Of a stretch of DNA of 64,000 bases, positions 33,207-43,582 are shown piece by piece. Numbering within the stretch: position 1 is the stretch's first letter; every line of letters starts with the position of its first letter. Source of the DNA: an uncultured Rhodospirillaceae bacterium (GTDB lineage Bacteria; Pseudomonadota; Alphaproteobacteria; JAEUKQ01); the NCBI GenBank assembly GCA_964414755.1, contig CAYPXH010000003.1, positions 6,896 to 70,895 of the forward strand, given 5' to 3'. The position numbers and the translations under genes were made by a program. The notes beneath the pieces were generated by a model, which worked only from the letters and a program-made list of their open reading frames with translations, was not told the origin of the DNA and made no database searches.

Positions 33207-33746
33207 ATGTCTCGCTTAAAAGATGCCTATTATAAGGTTATAAGGCCAAAATTGATGAAGGATTTTGGTTATAAGAATCTAATGCAAACGCCACGTTTAA
33301 CAAAAATTGTTGTAAATATGGGGGTTGGTCAAGCGGCGCAAGATGGTAAAAAAATGACTGCTGCTGTTGATGAATTGACTTTAATCACGGGACAAAAGCC
33401 TGTGGTAACCAAAGCACGTATGTCAATTGCTACCTTCAAGCTGCGGAAAGGTATGCCCGTTGGTTGTAAGGTAACGTTACGTGGAAATCGGATGTATGAA
33501 TTTTTAGATCGATTGGTTACTATTGCGTTGCCCCGTGTGCGCGATTTTCGTGGAATTTCTGGAAAAAGTTTTGATGGTGCAGGTAACTATGCATTTGGCT
33601 TAAAAGAACAGATCGTTTTCCCTGAAATCAATTATGATAAAATTGATCAAATTCGCGGTATGGATATTGTTATTGTAACTACCGCAAAAAATAATGATGA
33701 GGCTAAGGCTTTGCTAAAGGCATTTGACATGCCGTTAACAGCTTAA
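33207..33746 (+). CDS. rplE: 50S ribosomal protein L5
   Basis: [41 protein letters not shown]... Confidence 0.98.
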   Translation: MSRLKDAYYKVIRPKLMKDFGYKNLMQTPRLTKIVVNMGVGQAAQDGKKMTAAVDELTLITGQKPVVTKARMSIATFKLRKGMPVGCKVTLRGNRMYEFLDRLVTIALPRVRDFRGISGKSFDGAGNYAFGLKEQIVFPEINYDKIDQIRGMDIVIVTTAKNNDEAKALLKAFDMPLTA

Positions 33747-33765
33747 TGTGTCTTAAGGAGTAAAA

Positions 33766-34071
33766 ATGGCCAAGACAAGCTCGATTGAAAAGAATATGCA
33801 CCGGCAGCGTTTAAGTAAACAGTTTGCTGCGCGCCGGCAAAGACTAAAAGATGTTATTATGGATGCAACATTACCGATGGAAGAGCGTTTTGCTGCTCAG
33901 CTGAAGTTGGCGCAGTTGCCTCGTAACTCGTCAAGGACGAGGGTTCGGTTGCGTTGTTTATTAACCGGTCGTACGCGCGGTAACTATCGTAAATTTAAGT
34001 TATCACGACTGATGTTGCGGAAATTGGCTTCTAATGGCCAAATTCCAGGTATGGTGAAAGCTAGTTGGTAA
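33766..34071 (+). CDS. rpsN: 30S ribosomal protein S14 (long, non-zinc form)
   Basis: 101 aa, [10 protein letters not shown]...; C-terminus ...[11 protein letters not shown]. Confidence 0.96.
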   Translation: MAKTSSIEKNMHRQRLSKQFAARRQRLKDVIMDATLPMEERFAAQLKLAQLPRNSSRTRVRLRCLLTGRTRGNYRKFKLSRLMLRKLASNGQIPGMVKASW

Positions 34072-34091
34072 GGAATTAGGGACAGGAAATT

Positions 34092-34490
34092 ATGTCAGTA
34101 ACAGATCCATTAGGTGATATGATCACCCGTATTCGCAACGGTCAAAAAGCCGGTTTGTCAAAAATTACCTCGCCAAAGTCACGGCTGCGGGTAAATGTTC
34201 TTGCCGTCCTTAAGAAGGAAGGATATATTCGTGATTATCAGGCAGTGCAGGATGAGCCAGGTAAAGATACACTAAACATTGAACTGAAATATTTTGAAGG
34301 TCAGCCTGCTATTCGTGAAATTACACGTGTTTCCAAGCCAGGTCGGCGTATTTATGTTGGTGTTGTTGATATTCCAACAGTTTACAATGGATTGGGCGTA
34401 GCCATCTTGTCGACCCCGCAGGGTGTTATGACGGATAGCGAGGCTCGTGCCGCCCACACGGGGGGCGAATTATTATGTCGCGTTTTCTAG
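34092..34490 (+). CDS. rpsH: 30S ribosomal protein S8
   Basis: MSVTDPLGDMITRIRNGQ... Confidence 0.98.
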   Translation: MSVTDPLGDMITRIRNGQKAGLSKITSPKSRLRVNVLAVLKKEGYIRDYQAVQDEPGKDTLNIELKYFEGQPAIREITRVSKPGRRIYVGVVDIPTVYNGLGVAILSTPQGVMTDSEARAAHTGGELLCRVF

Positions 34491-34500
34491 GAAATAAATC

Positions 34501-35040
34501 ATGTCTCGTATAGGAAAAAACCCTGTCTTGCTTCCTGCTGGTGTTACTGTTCAGGTTTCTGGAGCGGTTGTGAAGGCAAAAGGAAAGATGGGCGAATTAG
34601 CTGTAAATGTTGGAAGTTTGGTTAAAATAGAAAATCAGAAAGACAAACTGCTTGTTACGCCAAGCAAAGATGTTCCTCAGGCAAAAATTATGTGGGGAAC
34701 AGCTCGTAATATTTTGCGTAATCTGATGATTGGCGTATCAGAAGGATATTCAAAAACTTTGGAGATTAGTGGTGTTGGTTTTCGTGCGGCACTCAAAGGC
34801 AAAAATCTAGAAATGCAAGTTGGCTTTAGCCACGATATTGTTTATCCAGTTCCAACTGATGTATCTGTTAAGGTTAGTGGCGAAAAATTCAACGTACTAA
34901 CGATTAGTGGTCTTGATAAACAACGTGTTGGTCAAGTTGCTGCTGAGATTCGTGCGTTTAGGCCACCTGAACCTTATCAAGGTAAAGGTATTAAATATAG
35001 CACGGAAACCGTTCGTCGCAAAGAAGGTAAGAAGAAATAG
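34501..35040 (+). CDS. rplF: 50S ribosomal protein L6
   Basis: MSRIGKNPVLLPAGVTV... Confidence 0.97.
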   Translation: MSRIGKNPVLLPAGVTVQVSGAVVKAKGKMGELAVNVGSLVKIENQKDKLLVTPSKDVPQAKIMWGTARNILRNLMIGVSEGYSKTLEISGVGFRAALKGKNLEMQVGFSHDIVYPVPTDVSVKVSGEKFNVLTISGLDKQRVGQVAAEIRAFRPPEPYQGKGIKYSTETVRRKEGKKK

Positions 35041-35066
35041 GTAACTTATCAGTTTAAGGGTTAATC

Positions 35067-35429
35067 ATGTTAACAAGACTAGAATTAAAACAACGGCGTC
35101 GGGAACGCTTACGGTATCAGTTAAGACAAAAATCAGGTGGGCGTCCGCGCTTGTCTGTCTTTAGATCTAGCAAGCATATTCATGTTCAGGTGATTGATGA
35201 TCGGCTTGGTCAGACCCTGGTTGCCGCTTCCTCACTTGATAAAGACTTAAAGGGGCAGTTAAAAACCGGTGCAAGTATTGACGCTGCCCGCGCAGTTGGA
35301 CAATTGGTTGCCGTTCGTGCGGTTGCTGCGGGTGTTAAGGAGGTTGTATTTGATCGCGGTTGTTATATTTATCACGGCCGAGTTAAAGCATTGGCCGAAG
35401 CGGCACGCGAGGGTGGTTTGAACTTTTAG
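35067..35429 (+). CDS. rplR: 50S ribosomal protein L18
   Basis: 120 aa in the conserved spc-operon position; contains [18 protein letters not shown]. Confidence 0.96.
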   Translation: MLTRLELKQRRRERLRYQLRQKSGGRPRLSVFRSSKHIHVQVIDDRLGQTLVAASSLDKDLKGQLKTGASIDAARAVGQLVAVRAVAAGVKEVVFDRGCYIYHGRVKALAEAAREGGLNF

Positions 35430-35479
35430 TTTAGAAGCTGTTAAGTTTGTAATATCAACATAGAAGAATTGAAATAAAC

Positions 35480-36046
35480 ATGTCAAAAAATGATCATTCA
35501 GAACGTCGGGATCGTAGTCGCGAGAGAAAGGATGATGTCGAATTAATTGAGAAACTTGTCGGCATCAATCGTATTACAAAAGTTGTTAAAGGCGGTAAAA
35601 GGCTTGGTTTTGCTGCAATTGTTGTTGTTGGTGATGGTAAAGGGCGTGTTGGCCATGGTGCTGGTAAGGCACGTGAAGTTCCAGAAGCAGTACGTAAAGC
35701 AACGGAACGCGCGCGGCGCTCTATGTTGCGTATTCCATTACGCGAAGGTCGTACCATCCATCATGATACCGTTGGTCGGTTTGGAGCGGGCAGAATTGTT
35801 TTAAGATCAGCTAAACCAGGGACGGGTATTATTGCTGGCGGTGCCGTTCGGTATGTGTTTGAAGCTTTAGGCGTACAAGACATTGTTGCAAAATCTATCG
35901 GTTCATCAAACCCACACAACGTTTTGAAAGCCGTTTTTGATGCGTTGACTTCATCAAATTCGCCACGTCATGTTGCTGCACGCCGTGGTAAGAAAGTTAG
36001 CGACATTCTTCCAAAAAAGCAGGCGCACGCTGAGGTTAGGGAGTAA
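35480..36046 (+). CDS. rpsE: 30S ribosomal protein S5
   Basis: [32 protein letters not shown]... Confidence 0.98.
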   Translation: MSKNDHSERRDRSRERKDDVELIEKLVGINRITKVVKGGKRLGFAAIVVVGDGKGRVGHGAGKAREVPEAVRKATERARRSMLRIPLREGRTIHHDTVGRFGAGRIVLRSAKPGTGIIAGGAVRYVFEALGVQDIVAKSIGSSNPHNVLKAVFDALTSSNSPRHVAARRGKKVSDILPKKQAHAEVRE

Positions 36047-36048
36047 TT

Positions 36049-36258
36049 ATGGTTAAAAAAAACGCGGCCAAAACAGAAAAATTGATTAAAGTCACCCAGA
36101 TTGGCAGTCCGATTGGTAGGGAATATAGTCAGCGGTTGACACTGCTTGGATTGGGATTAGGGAAGATGCATAAATCGCGCTTGTTACCTGATAATTCTTC
36201 CATCCGTGGAATGATTTTTAAAGTTCAGCATTTAGTAAAATCTGAACCTGTTGAGTAA
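36049..36258 (+). CDS. rpmD: 50S ribosomal protein L30
   Basis: 69 aa; [28 protein letters not shown]. Confidence 0.93.
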   Translation: MVKKNAAKTEKLIKVTQIGSPIGREYSQRLTLLGLGLGKMHKSRLLPDNSSIRGMIFKVQHLVKSEPVE

Positions 36259-36297
36259 GTGCACGACCGTTATTAGCGTATAAAGGATCTATCTATT

Positions 36298-36789
36298 ATG
36301 AAGTTAAATCAATTATCAGATAAACCAGGTGCCAGGAAAAAGCCAATTGTTGTTGGCCGTGGTATTGGTTCAGGAAAAGGAAAAACAGCTGGTCGTGGCG
36401 GAAAAGGTCAGACTGCGCGTAGCGGTTGGTCTGGTAATGGCTTTGAAGGCGGTCAAATGCCCCTTCATATGCGTATGCCTAAAAGAGGTTTTAATAATTT
36501 TAGCCGCAAGCGTTACGTTGTTGTTAACCTGGGTAGGTTACAGAATTTTATTGAAAATGGCCGGCTGAATATTCAAGAAACAATCGATGCACGTGCACTG
36601 CAAGTGGCTGGCGTTATTAGCCACGCACGTGATGGTGTGCGTTTATTAGCTTCTGGCGCGTTGAAAAGTAAAATTAACATTTTGGTTGCAGGTGCCTCAA
36701 GTGGTGCCATTCAGGCTGTTGAGAAACTGGGTGGACAGGTTAGTCTGGAACAACCAGCTGACCAACAGGAAAAATCTGCAGAAAAGTAG
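36298..36789 (+). CDS. rplO: 50S ribosomal protein L15
   Basis: MKLNQLSDKPGARKKP...GRGIGSGKGKTAGRGGKGQ. Confidence 0.97.
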   Translation: MKLNQLSDKPGARKKPIVVGRGIGSGKGKTAGRGGKGQTARSGWSGNGFEGGQMPLHMRMPKRGFNNFSRKRYVVVNLGRLQNFIENGRLNIQETIDARALQVAGVISHARDGVRLLASGALKSKINILVAGASSGAIQAVEKLGGQVSLEQPADQQEKSAEK

Positions 36790-36867
36790 ATTGATGGTAT
36801 TTGATAGATGAATTTTACTGTTTACAGAACAGTTTTTGCGTTGATTATCCAAAGATAGGTTGATGAA

Positions 36868-38229
36868 ATGGCTTCAGCTGCCGAGCAACTTGCTGCTAAT
36901 ATAAATTTGGGTGCTTTTGGTAAGGCCAAAGAATTAAAGAAGCGTATTTGGTTTACTCTGGGTGCGCTGCTGATTTACCGTTTTGGTACCTATATACCGT
37001 TACCAGGCGTTGATGCTGCGGCATTTTCATCTATTCTTAACCAAACCTCTGGTGGTATTTTTGGTATTTTTAATTTATTTAGTGGTGGTGCGCTTCAGCG
37101 GATGACAATTTTTGCGCTTAACGTAATGCCATATATATCTGCGTCAATTATTGTGCAGCTTCTGACCGCTGTTTTACCTCGTTGGGAATCATTAAAAAAA
37201 GAAGGGGAAGCTGGCCGCCGCAAACTTAACCATTATACCCGTATTGGTACTGTCATTCTGGCTGCCATACAGGGTTTTGGAATTGTAACATTGCTTGAGG
37301 GCATGCGTGGCAATAATGGTGTGCCAATTGTTGCTGACCCAAGCTGGTTTTTTCGAATCAGCGTTATTGTAACTTTAGTTGGCGCGACCATGTTTTTAAT
37401 GTGGCTGGGCGAACAAATTACCGCTCGTGGCATTGGTAATGGTGTTTCCCTAATTATTTTCACAGGTATTGTTGCAGGTTTTCCGTCGGCGATAGCCAAT
37501 CTTTTTAGTTTGGCACGCGCTGGGTCAATCAAGTTTTTGGGAAGTCCAACAATTGCGTTGTTGCTTATTTTACTTCTTATCGCATGCATTGTTTTGTTGG
37601 TAGTTTTTTTCGAGCGTGCCCAACGCCGTCTGGTGATTCAATATCCTAAAAGGCAAGTTGGCAATAAGGTGCTTGGCGGTGATAGCTCCCATCTACCGTT
37701 GCGTCTTAATACCGCAGGTGTTATTCCTCCAATATTTGCTAGTTCTTTGCTTTTGCTACCTATTAGCATTTTTCAATTCTCGGGATCCGCTGAGGGTGGC
37801 GTGTTACAGTGGTTGCAAACCAACCTTAATCATGGAACGTGGTTGTATATTAGTCTTTATTTGTTGCTTATTTTGTTCTTTGCCTTTTTTTATACAGCAA
37901 TTGTTTTTAATCCCGAAGAAACAGCAGATAACCTAAAGAAGAATGGCGGATTTATTCCTGGAATACGTCCTGGAAAAACAACGGCCGATTATATCGATTT
38001 TGTCTTAACACGCTTAACCGTTATTGGGGCGGTTTATCTTGGTTTTATCTGTGTGCTACCCGAAATTATCATTGCCGATAGCAGTATTCCGTTTTATTTT
38101 GGCGGAACAAGTTTATTGATTATCGTATCCGTCACTATTGATACGGTTGGCCAAATTCATTCGCACTTGTTAGCTAACCAATATGAAAGTCTTATTCGTA
38201 AGGCAAAATTAAAAGGGCCTCGTGGATGA
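36868..38229 (+). CDS. secY: Preprotein translocase subunit SecY
   Basis: 453 aa with 10 TM segments; conserved plug and hinge motifs (GALQRMTIFALNVMPYISASIIVQLL). Confidence 0.98.
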   Translation: MASAAEQLAANINLGAFGKAKELKKRIWFTLGALLIYRFGTYIPLPGVDAAAFSSILNQTSGGIFGIFNLFSGGALQRMTIFALNVMPYISASIIVQLLTAVLPRWESLKKEGEAGRRKLNHYTRIGTVILAAIQGFGIVTLLEGMRGNNGVPIVADPSWFFRISVIVTLVGATMFLMWLGEQITARGIGNGVSLIIFTGIVAGFPSAIANLFSLARAGSIKFLGSPTIALLLILLLIACIVLLVVFFERAQRRLVIQYPKRQVGNKVLGGDSSHLPLRLNTAGVIPPIFASSLLLLPISIFQFSGSAEGGVLQWLQTNLNHGTWLYISLYLLLILFFAFFYTAIVFNPEETADNLKKNGGFIPGIRPGKTTADYIDFVLTRLTVIGAVYLGFICVLPEIIIADSSIPFYFGGTSLLIIVSVTIDTVGQIHSHLLANQYESLIRKAKLKGPRG

Positions 38230-38903
38230 TTGTGATTTTACTGGGGCCGCCCGGGGCTGGCAAAGGAACACAAGCGAAATCGCTGGAAGATTCGATGGGG
38301 CTTATTCAATTGTCTACTGGTGATTTATTGCGTAAGGAAGTCAATACTGGCACACCACTTGGCAAGCAAGTTAAGCAAGCCATGGATGAAGGAAAGCTGA
38401 TTTCTGATGATATTTTAATTGCAATGATTAAACACCAGTTGCAAGCGAATAAAAGTGGCTTTGTTTTTGATGGATTTCCAAGAACCTTGGTGCAGGCACA
38501 GTCACTTGATTTGATGTTGTCAGAGCGGAAAAAAGCAGTTGATGCGGTTATTGAACTTAAAATTGATGAAGAGGTTTTAGTTCAACGTATTGCAGGTCGT
38601 TTTCAGTGTAAAAATTGTGGTGCTGCTTTTCACGAACAATACAAACAAACAGCGAAAAAAGGTATTTGTGATGTTTGTGGTGGACGTGAGTTTGTAAAAA
38701 GAAAAGACGATAATGCCGAAACCGTACGGGCGCGTTTGCAAATTTATCAACAGCAAATAAGCCAAATATTGCCTTTCTATCGGCAGCAGAAAAAATTGTA
38801 TCAGGTTGATGCCATGCAAAAACCCGAACAAGTTACCCAACAAATATCAACAATATTAAAGGTATTAAAGAATCAATCGTTAACCAAGCAGATTATTCAT
38901 TGA
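38226..38903 (+). CDS. adk: Adenylate kinase (long form with a Cys4 zinc-binding LID)
   Basis: P-loop GPPGAGKGTQ. The LID carries C-x2-C...C-x2-C (CKNCGAAFHEQYKQTAKKGICDVCGG). Confidence 0.96.
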   Translation: MIVILLGPPGAGKGTQAKSLEDSMGLIQLSTGDLLRKEVNTGTPLGKQVKQAMDEGKLISDDILIAMIKHQLQANKSGFVFDGFPRTLVQAQSLDLMLSERKKAVDAVIELKIDEEVLVQRIAGRFQCKNCGAAFHEQYKQTAKKGICDVCGGREFVKRKDDNAETVRARLQIYQQQISQILPFYRQQKKLYQVDAMQKPEQVTQQISTILKVLKNQSLTKQIIH

Positions 38904-38975
38904 CAGGTCGTTAATAATTTCTTATAAACTGCCCTTCGATGTTCGTTTGCTGCTATTGTTTAAAGGAGAAAGTCT

Positions 38976-39350
38976 GTGGCGCGTATTGCTGGCGTCAATA
39001 TTCCCACTCAGAAAAGAGTGCATATTGCTTTAAGGTATATATATGGTATTGGTCCCGTGAATTCGTTGGAGATATGCCAAAAAGTTGGTATCCCTTTAGA
39101 GAAGCGGGTTCACCAATTATCGGATGAAGATATTTTACGCATTCGTGAAGTAATCGATCGTGACTACCGTGTTGAAGGTGACTTGCGTCGCGAAATTTCA
39201 ATGAATGTGAAAAGGCTTATGGATATGGCTTGCTACCGTGGCTTGCGCCATCGTAAAGGTCTTCCTGTTCGTGGACAGCGTACAAAAACTAATGCTCGTA
39301 CCCGTAAAGGGCCTATTAAAACTGTTGCTGGTTCTAAAAAGACGGTATAA
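38976..39350 (+). CDS. rpsM: 30S ribosomal protein S13
   Basis: [26 protein letters not shown]... Confidence 0.98.
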   Translation: MARIAGVNIPTQKRVHIALRYIYGIGPVNSLEICQKVGIPLEKRVHQLSDEDILRIREVIDRDYRVEGDLRREISMNVKRLMDMACYRGLRHRKGLPVRGQRTKTNARTRKGPIKTVAGSKKTV

Positions 39351-39388
39351 CAAAGTTAAAAATTTCTGATGATACTTTAGGGTGATTA

Positions 39389-39784
39389 ATGACGACAAAA
39401 ACTGCTGCCCCCCGTTTGCGGCGTAAGGAACGGAAAAACGTTGGTGCTGGTGTTGCACATGTCAATGCAAGTTTTAACAATACAGTTATTACCATTACCG
39501 ATATGCAGGGTAATACAGTTGCATGGTCTTCGGCTGGTGGTGAGGGTTTTAAGGGGTCACGCAAATCAACCCCATACGCTGCTCAGATCGCGGCCGATAC
39601 TGTAGCCAAAAAAGCTAAGGAACATGGTGTAACATCACTTGAAGTCGAGGTAACAGGGCCTGGTTCTGGCCGTGAGTCTGCTTTAAGATCTTTGCAGGCA
39701 GCTGGTTTTGTGATTAGCTCGATTCGTGATATTACACCTGTTCCACATAATGGGTGTCGGCCGCCAAAGCGTCGCCGTGTCTGA
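39389..39784 (+). CDS. rpsK: 30S ribosomal protein S11
   Basis: ...[22 protein letters not shown]... Confidence 0.98.
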   Translation: MTTKTAAPRLRRKERKNVGAGVAHVNASFNNTVITITDMQGNTVAWSSAGGEGFKGSRKSTPYAAQIAADTVAKKAKEHGVTSLEVEVTGPGSGRESALRSLQAAGFVISSIRDITPVPHNGCRPPKRRRV

Positions 39785-39837
39785 CCTGGTTATTATTTGC
39801 TGCTTGATTTAATTTTGTTATAAGGCAAGAAAAGAAT

Positions 39838-40869
39838 ATGAAAGCTTTTTCCGCAATCCAAAAAAATTGGACAGAACTTAAGAAGCCTGAAAAACTAGTT
39901 ATTACACCTGGCTCTGATGCCGGAAAAGAGGCAACTGTTGTTGCTGAGCCCTTGGAAAGAGGTTTTGGTTTAACCTTAGGTAATGCTTTAAGGCGTATCC
40001 TGTTATCATCATTGCAGGGTGCCGCTATTACCAAATTGCAAATAGAGGGTGTTTTACACGAGTTCTCATCCATCCCGGGTGTGCGTGAAGATGTTACGGA
40101 CATCATCCTTAATATAAAATCCATCGCGCTGCGTATGCACGGCGATGGGCCAAAGCGTATGCGTTTAAGAGCTGATAAAGCTGGTGAAGTTACTGCGCGT
40201 GCCATTGAAACAGGTCACGATATTGTCATTATGAATCCTGATTTGGTGATTTGTACCCTTGATAAGGGAGCGAAATTGGCTATGGAATTTACGGTTGAGA
40301 CTGGTAAGGGGTATGTTTCTGCAGCCCTTAATCGGCCGGAAGATACCGTTTTGGGTTTAATGCCTGTTGATGCTTTGTTTAGTCCAGTGCGTAAAGTGAC
40401 CTATAAGGTTGATAACACCCGTGTTGGTCAACAAACGGATTATGATAAGCTTACGTTGCAGATTGAGACAAATGGTACTATTTCGCCTGAAGATGCTTTG
40501 GCAAGAGCTGCATATATTTTGAAGGATCAGGTGCAGTTGTTTATTAATTTTGATGAACCCAAACCAGCTCAGGTAGATAATCGTCCAGCTGAGCCTTCAT
40601 TTAACCGTAATTTATTGCGCCGGGTTGATGAACTTGAGTTATCAGTTCGTTCAGCAAATTGCCTTAAGAATGACAATATTGTTTATATTGGTGATTTAGT
40701 TCAGAAAAGCGAGACTGAGATGTTGCGTACGCCAAACTTTGGACGCAAATCACTTAACGAAATTAAAGAAGTGTTGGCACAGATGGGCTTGCATCTCGGT
40801 ATGCAGATTCCAAATTGGCCACCTGAAAATATCGAAGAGATGGCCAAAAAATTAGAGGAACCATTTTAG
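39838..40869 (+). CDS. rpoA: DNA-directed RNA polymerase subunit alpha
   Basis: 343 aa; N-terminal dimerisation domain ([20 protein letters not shown]) and C-terminal alphaCTD ([14 protein letters not shown]). Confidence 0.98.
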   Translation: MKAFSAIQKNWTELKKPEKLVITPGSDAGKEATVVAEPLERGFGLTLGNALRRILLSSLQGAAITKLQIEGVLHEFSSIPGVREDVTDIILNIKSIALRMHGDGPKRMRLRADKAGEVTARAIETGHDIVIMNPDLVICTLDKGAKLAMEFTVETGKGYVSAALNRPEDTVLGLMPVDALFSPVRKVTYKVDNTRVGQQTDYDKLTLQIETNGTISPEDALARAAYILKDQVQLFINFDEPKPAQVDNRPAEPSFNRNLLRRVDELELSVRSANCLKNDNIVYIGDLVQKSETEMLRTPNFGRKSLNEIKEVLAQMGLHLGMQIPNWPPENIEEMAKKLEEPF

Positions 40870-40915
40870 CAATTTCTTTGGCAGTTTAACCAAAGCAAGA
40901 TAAAGGAGAGTAAAT

Positions 40916-41341
40916 ATGCGTCATCAAATACGTGGGCGCAAGTTAGGCCGGACAAGTACACATCGTATTGCCATGTTCGAAAACATGGCTGTAGCGTTGT
41001 TGAAACATGAACAAATTAAAACAACCTTGCCCAAGGCGAAAGAATTGCGACCTTTTGTTGAAAAGCTAATTACCCTTGGCAAAAAAGGTGGGTTGCATGC
41101 GCGGCGTCAGGCCATTGCTTCGTTGCAAGATGAAAAGATTGTAGCTAAGGTTTTTGACACCCTGGCTGAGCGTTATCGTTCGCGTGCAGGTGGTTATACA
41201 CGTATTGTTAAAGCTGGATTTCGTTATGGCGATACAGCTGATATGGCCGTTATTGAATTAGTTGATCGTGATCCTGAAGCAAAGGGGAAGGACTCAGGGC
41301 CTGTTGTTAATCAGTCTTCTTCTGAAGAAGCTGCTGCCTAG
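40916..41341 (+). CDS. rplQ: 50S ribosomal protein L17
   Basis: [17 protein letters not shown]... Confidence 0.98.
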   Translation: MRHQIRGRKLGRTSTHRIAMFENMAVALLKHEQIKTTLPKAKELRPFVEKLITLGKKGGLHARRQAIASLQDEKIVAKVFDTLAERYRSRAGGYTRIVKAGFRYGDTADMAVIELVDRDPEAKGKDSGPVVNQSSSEEAAA

Positions 41342-41361
41342 TTGCCAAATATAAGTAATAA

Positions 41362-41400
41362 AAAAAACTGGCTTTTATAAGATAAAGGCCAGTTTTTTTG
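41362..41400. terminator. Bidirectional rho-independent terminator between rplQ (+) and the GST gene (-)
   Basis: AAAAAAACTGGCTTT-tataagata-AAGGCCAGTTTTTTT: an inverted repeat flanked by an A-run on one side and a T-run on the other. Confidence 0.75.
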
Positions 41401-41421
41401 TTGAAGTTGTAATTAAAGCGG

Positions 41422-42027
41422 TTATTTCAATCCTTCCGCTGTGCGTGCAGCCTTTACCGATGGTCTTTCGCCAACGCGCTTGAAAAAGGCCTGAAGGGAT
41501 GGCCATTTATTAAGGTCAACTCCTACATAACCCGACCAGCTGAGAACCGTATACAAATAGGCGTCAGGTGCAGTGAAATCCTGACCTAATAAGTAATTAT
41601 GCTTGGTTAAATGATCGTTAAGGTAATCAAAACGTTTACCTAAATTTTCTTTAACTATTGTTTTATAACTATCTGGAACAGCTGGGTTAAAAAGTGGTGA
41701 AAAACCTTTATGTAATTCTGATGTAATAAAATTTAACCACTCTTGAAGGCGGTAACGTGCCATCGTGCCGGCAGCCGGCGCAAGCTTGGTTGCAGGGGCT
41801 TGATCGGCAATATATTGCATTATAGCAGGACCTTCTGTTAATACTTCACCATTATCCAGTTTTAGGGTTGGTACGTATCCTTTTGGATTAATTTTGCGGA
41901 AATCTTCGCCTTTTTCAGTGGTTTTATTTTTTAAATCTACTTTTTCAATGGTAAATTTGGCTTTACTTTCCTGCAGAAGAATATGGGGGGCTAGCGAACA
42001 AGCACCAGGATTATAATATAATTTCAT
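41422..42027 (-). CDS. Glutathione S-transferase
   Basis: 201 aa starting MKLYYNPGACSLAPHILL... (thioredoxin-like N-domain with the catalytic region), followed by a helical C-domain. Confidence 0.88.
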   Translation of the reverse strand: MKLYYNPGACSLAPHILLQESKAKFTIEKVDLKNKTTEKGEDFRKINPKGYVPTLKLDNGEVLTEGPAIMQYIADQAPATKLAPAAGTMARYRLQEWLNFITSELHKGFSPLFNPAVPDSYKTIVKENLGKRFDYLNDHLTKHNYLLGQDFTAPDAYLYTVLSWSGYVGVDLNKWPSLQAFFKRVGERPSVKAARTAEGLK

Positions 42028-42107
42028 TCGGTATTTTCCTTATAGACCATAAAATTGATATTGATATAACATGTTCTTGCAAAAATATCTTTTGTTTGTT
42101 AAATTTA

Positions 42108-42143
42108 ATGCAATTGCATATTTAAATAATGTAAATGCATTTA
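42108..42143. promoter_or_regulatory. Two perfect palindromes (ATGCAATTGCAT and TAAATGCATTTA) in the GST-MarR divergent spacer; candidate MarR operator
   Basis: ATGCAATTGCAT at 42108-42119 and TAAATGCATTTA at 42132-42143. Both are 12-bp perfect palindromes sharing ATGCA, immediately upstream of the MarR ORF. Confidence 0.55.
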
Positions 42144-42144
42144 T

Positions 42145-42663
42145 TTGTCAAGTGGTGCTTGGTGGTATAAAGTGGAAAAGAGTGGCCAAACTGGGTGCTT
42201 AGAATACAAGAATGACGGGGTAACTACAGGTGATGTCACGATTACTACCTGGGTTAAATTGCAACGGTTTGAACGTCATTTGTTGAATGTCATTGCAAAG
42301 AATCTGCGATTAGCGAAGTTGCCACCATTAACATGGCATGATGTTTTATGGGAATTGGAAAAAGCCCCGGGATCGAAGCTGCACCCATCGCAAATTGAAG
42401 AGTTGATATTATTAAGTCAGTATAATGTTTCAAGGCTTATTGATCGGTTGGTTAGTCGAGGATATGTTACCCGAGAAACATGTGGTGGTGATAAACGGCG
42501 TCAGTGGATTATTATTACCGAACAGGGAAGGCAATTACGCCAGAAGATTTGGCCAGTTTATATTCGGTCTATGGAGCAGCATTTCGCTCAACTTTTATCG
42601 GTACATGAAAAAAAACAGCTTGCCGCAATTATTGATAAATTGTTGAGCTTTTCGAGAAAATAG
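42145..42663 (+). CDS. MarR-family transcriptional regulator (true start probably downstream of 42145, e.g. GTG 42172)
   Basis: The winged-HTH core LSQYNVSRLIDRLVSRGYVTRETCGGDKRRQWIIITEQGRQL is typical MarR. The ORF-track start abuts a palindrome that looks like an operator, so the 5' end is uncertain. Confidence 0.8.
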   Translation: MSSGAWWYKVEKSGQTGCLEYKNDGVTTGDVTITTWVKLQRFERHLLNVIAKNLRLAKLPPLTWHDVLWELEKAPGSKLHPSQIEELILLSQYNVSRLIDRLVSRGYVTRETCGGDKRRQWIIITEQGRQLRQKIWPVYIRSMEQHFAQLLSVHEKKQLAAIIDKLLSFSRK

Positions 42664-42670
42664 TTGTTGT

Positions 42671-43333
42671 TTACGGGATATATTGTTTGCTGATAAAGCC
42701 ATAAAGCGTCATACTGCTGGCAAGATTGACAACATGAAATAAAACCAAGTTATTTTTTTCAGAGAATTCTGCAACGAATGTGTCAGGTATTAATGTCTCA
42801 ATTTTAATCGCAAGCCACAAAATGTTCTTACAATCAAGCAATGTCTGCCATTTTAAATCTGACTCGGACGATACATGTGGCGTATATTCAACAAAAATAG
42901 CATCAAAACGGCCTGGTATCATGGCTACATCACTTTTGCTTGGTTCTTTTGGGAAGCTAGCCCATGCATAAACCGTGTTACAAACAGTCTGTTTTACTTC
43001 GGGGTGAATAAAACCAAACAAAGCAGCCTTATGATGAGGTTGTAGGCCCAGTTTTTGTTCTAAAGATTGGGAATTTGTAATTATTTTTAACCAATTTTTA
43101 GTTTGAAGATCGGAAAGTGTTAGCTGAATTTTTCCATACATCGTATCTAATCTAATAGAGTTTCGTTGGGGCTCGAAAGAAATAATTTGGTTAAAGCGGA
43201 TATGTAATGGTTCTTGTCCCTGTAGGTGTAAATGATCACTGGCCAGTTTTGCGGAACCATTGTGCAAGGTACTTTTGCCTATGTGAAGGAAAGAGCATTC
43301 ATTAGTCACGGCACAACCCCCATCAAATAACAC
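42671..43333 (-). CDS. Hypothetical protein (220 aa), no recognisable domain
   Basis: Long ORF convergent with the MarR gene and divergent from the secreted-paralog cluster. No signal peptide or TM segment seen. Confidence 0.5.
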   Translation of the reverse strand: MLFDGGCAVTNECSFLHIGKSTLHNGSAKLASDHLHLQGQEPLHIRFNQIISFEPQRNSIRLDTMYGKIQLTLSDLQTKNWLKIITNSQSLEQKLGLQPHHKAALFGFIHPEVKQTVCNTVYAWASFPKEPSKSDVAMIPGRFDAIFVEYTPHVSSESDLKWQTLLDCKNILWLAIKIETLIPDTFVAEFSEKNNLVLFHVVNLASSMTLYGFISKQYIP

Positions 43334-43582
43334 TTACATTTTTATGATAATTTTTAGCAAATTATAAATAATATTTATAAACTTAAAAGATATATTTTAG
43401 CCATAATTTTGCCACATTTTGATGATCCAATCCAAAATAGCTTTTTAGGCAGAAGGCGAAGCCATTTATACTTGTTTGGTTGAAGCGTATTAGATAGTTT
43501 TGACATATTTAATCATGTTATGACACACTTAGCATACGTCGCACGGGGTAACACGGTTAAAGTTTGAACTTAAGGGGATAAA

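Noticed and set aside
39732-40205. 157-aa ORF on the minus strand
   Set aside because: It is antisense to the highly conserved rpsK 3' end and rpoA 5' region. Its Pro/Ser/Arg-rich composition is typical of out-of-frame translation, so I treat it as spurious.
43334-43582. Sigma70 promoter call from the TTGACA hexamer near 43495 in the spacer before paralog 1
   Set aside because: No acceptable -10 hexamer sits at 16-18 bp spacing downstream of it, so no promoter feature was reported. The spacer is nonetheless the likely promoter region.
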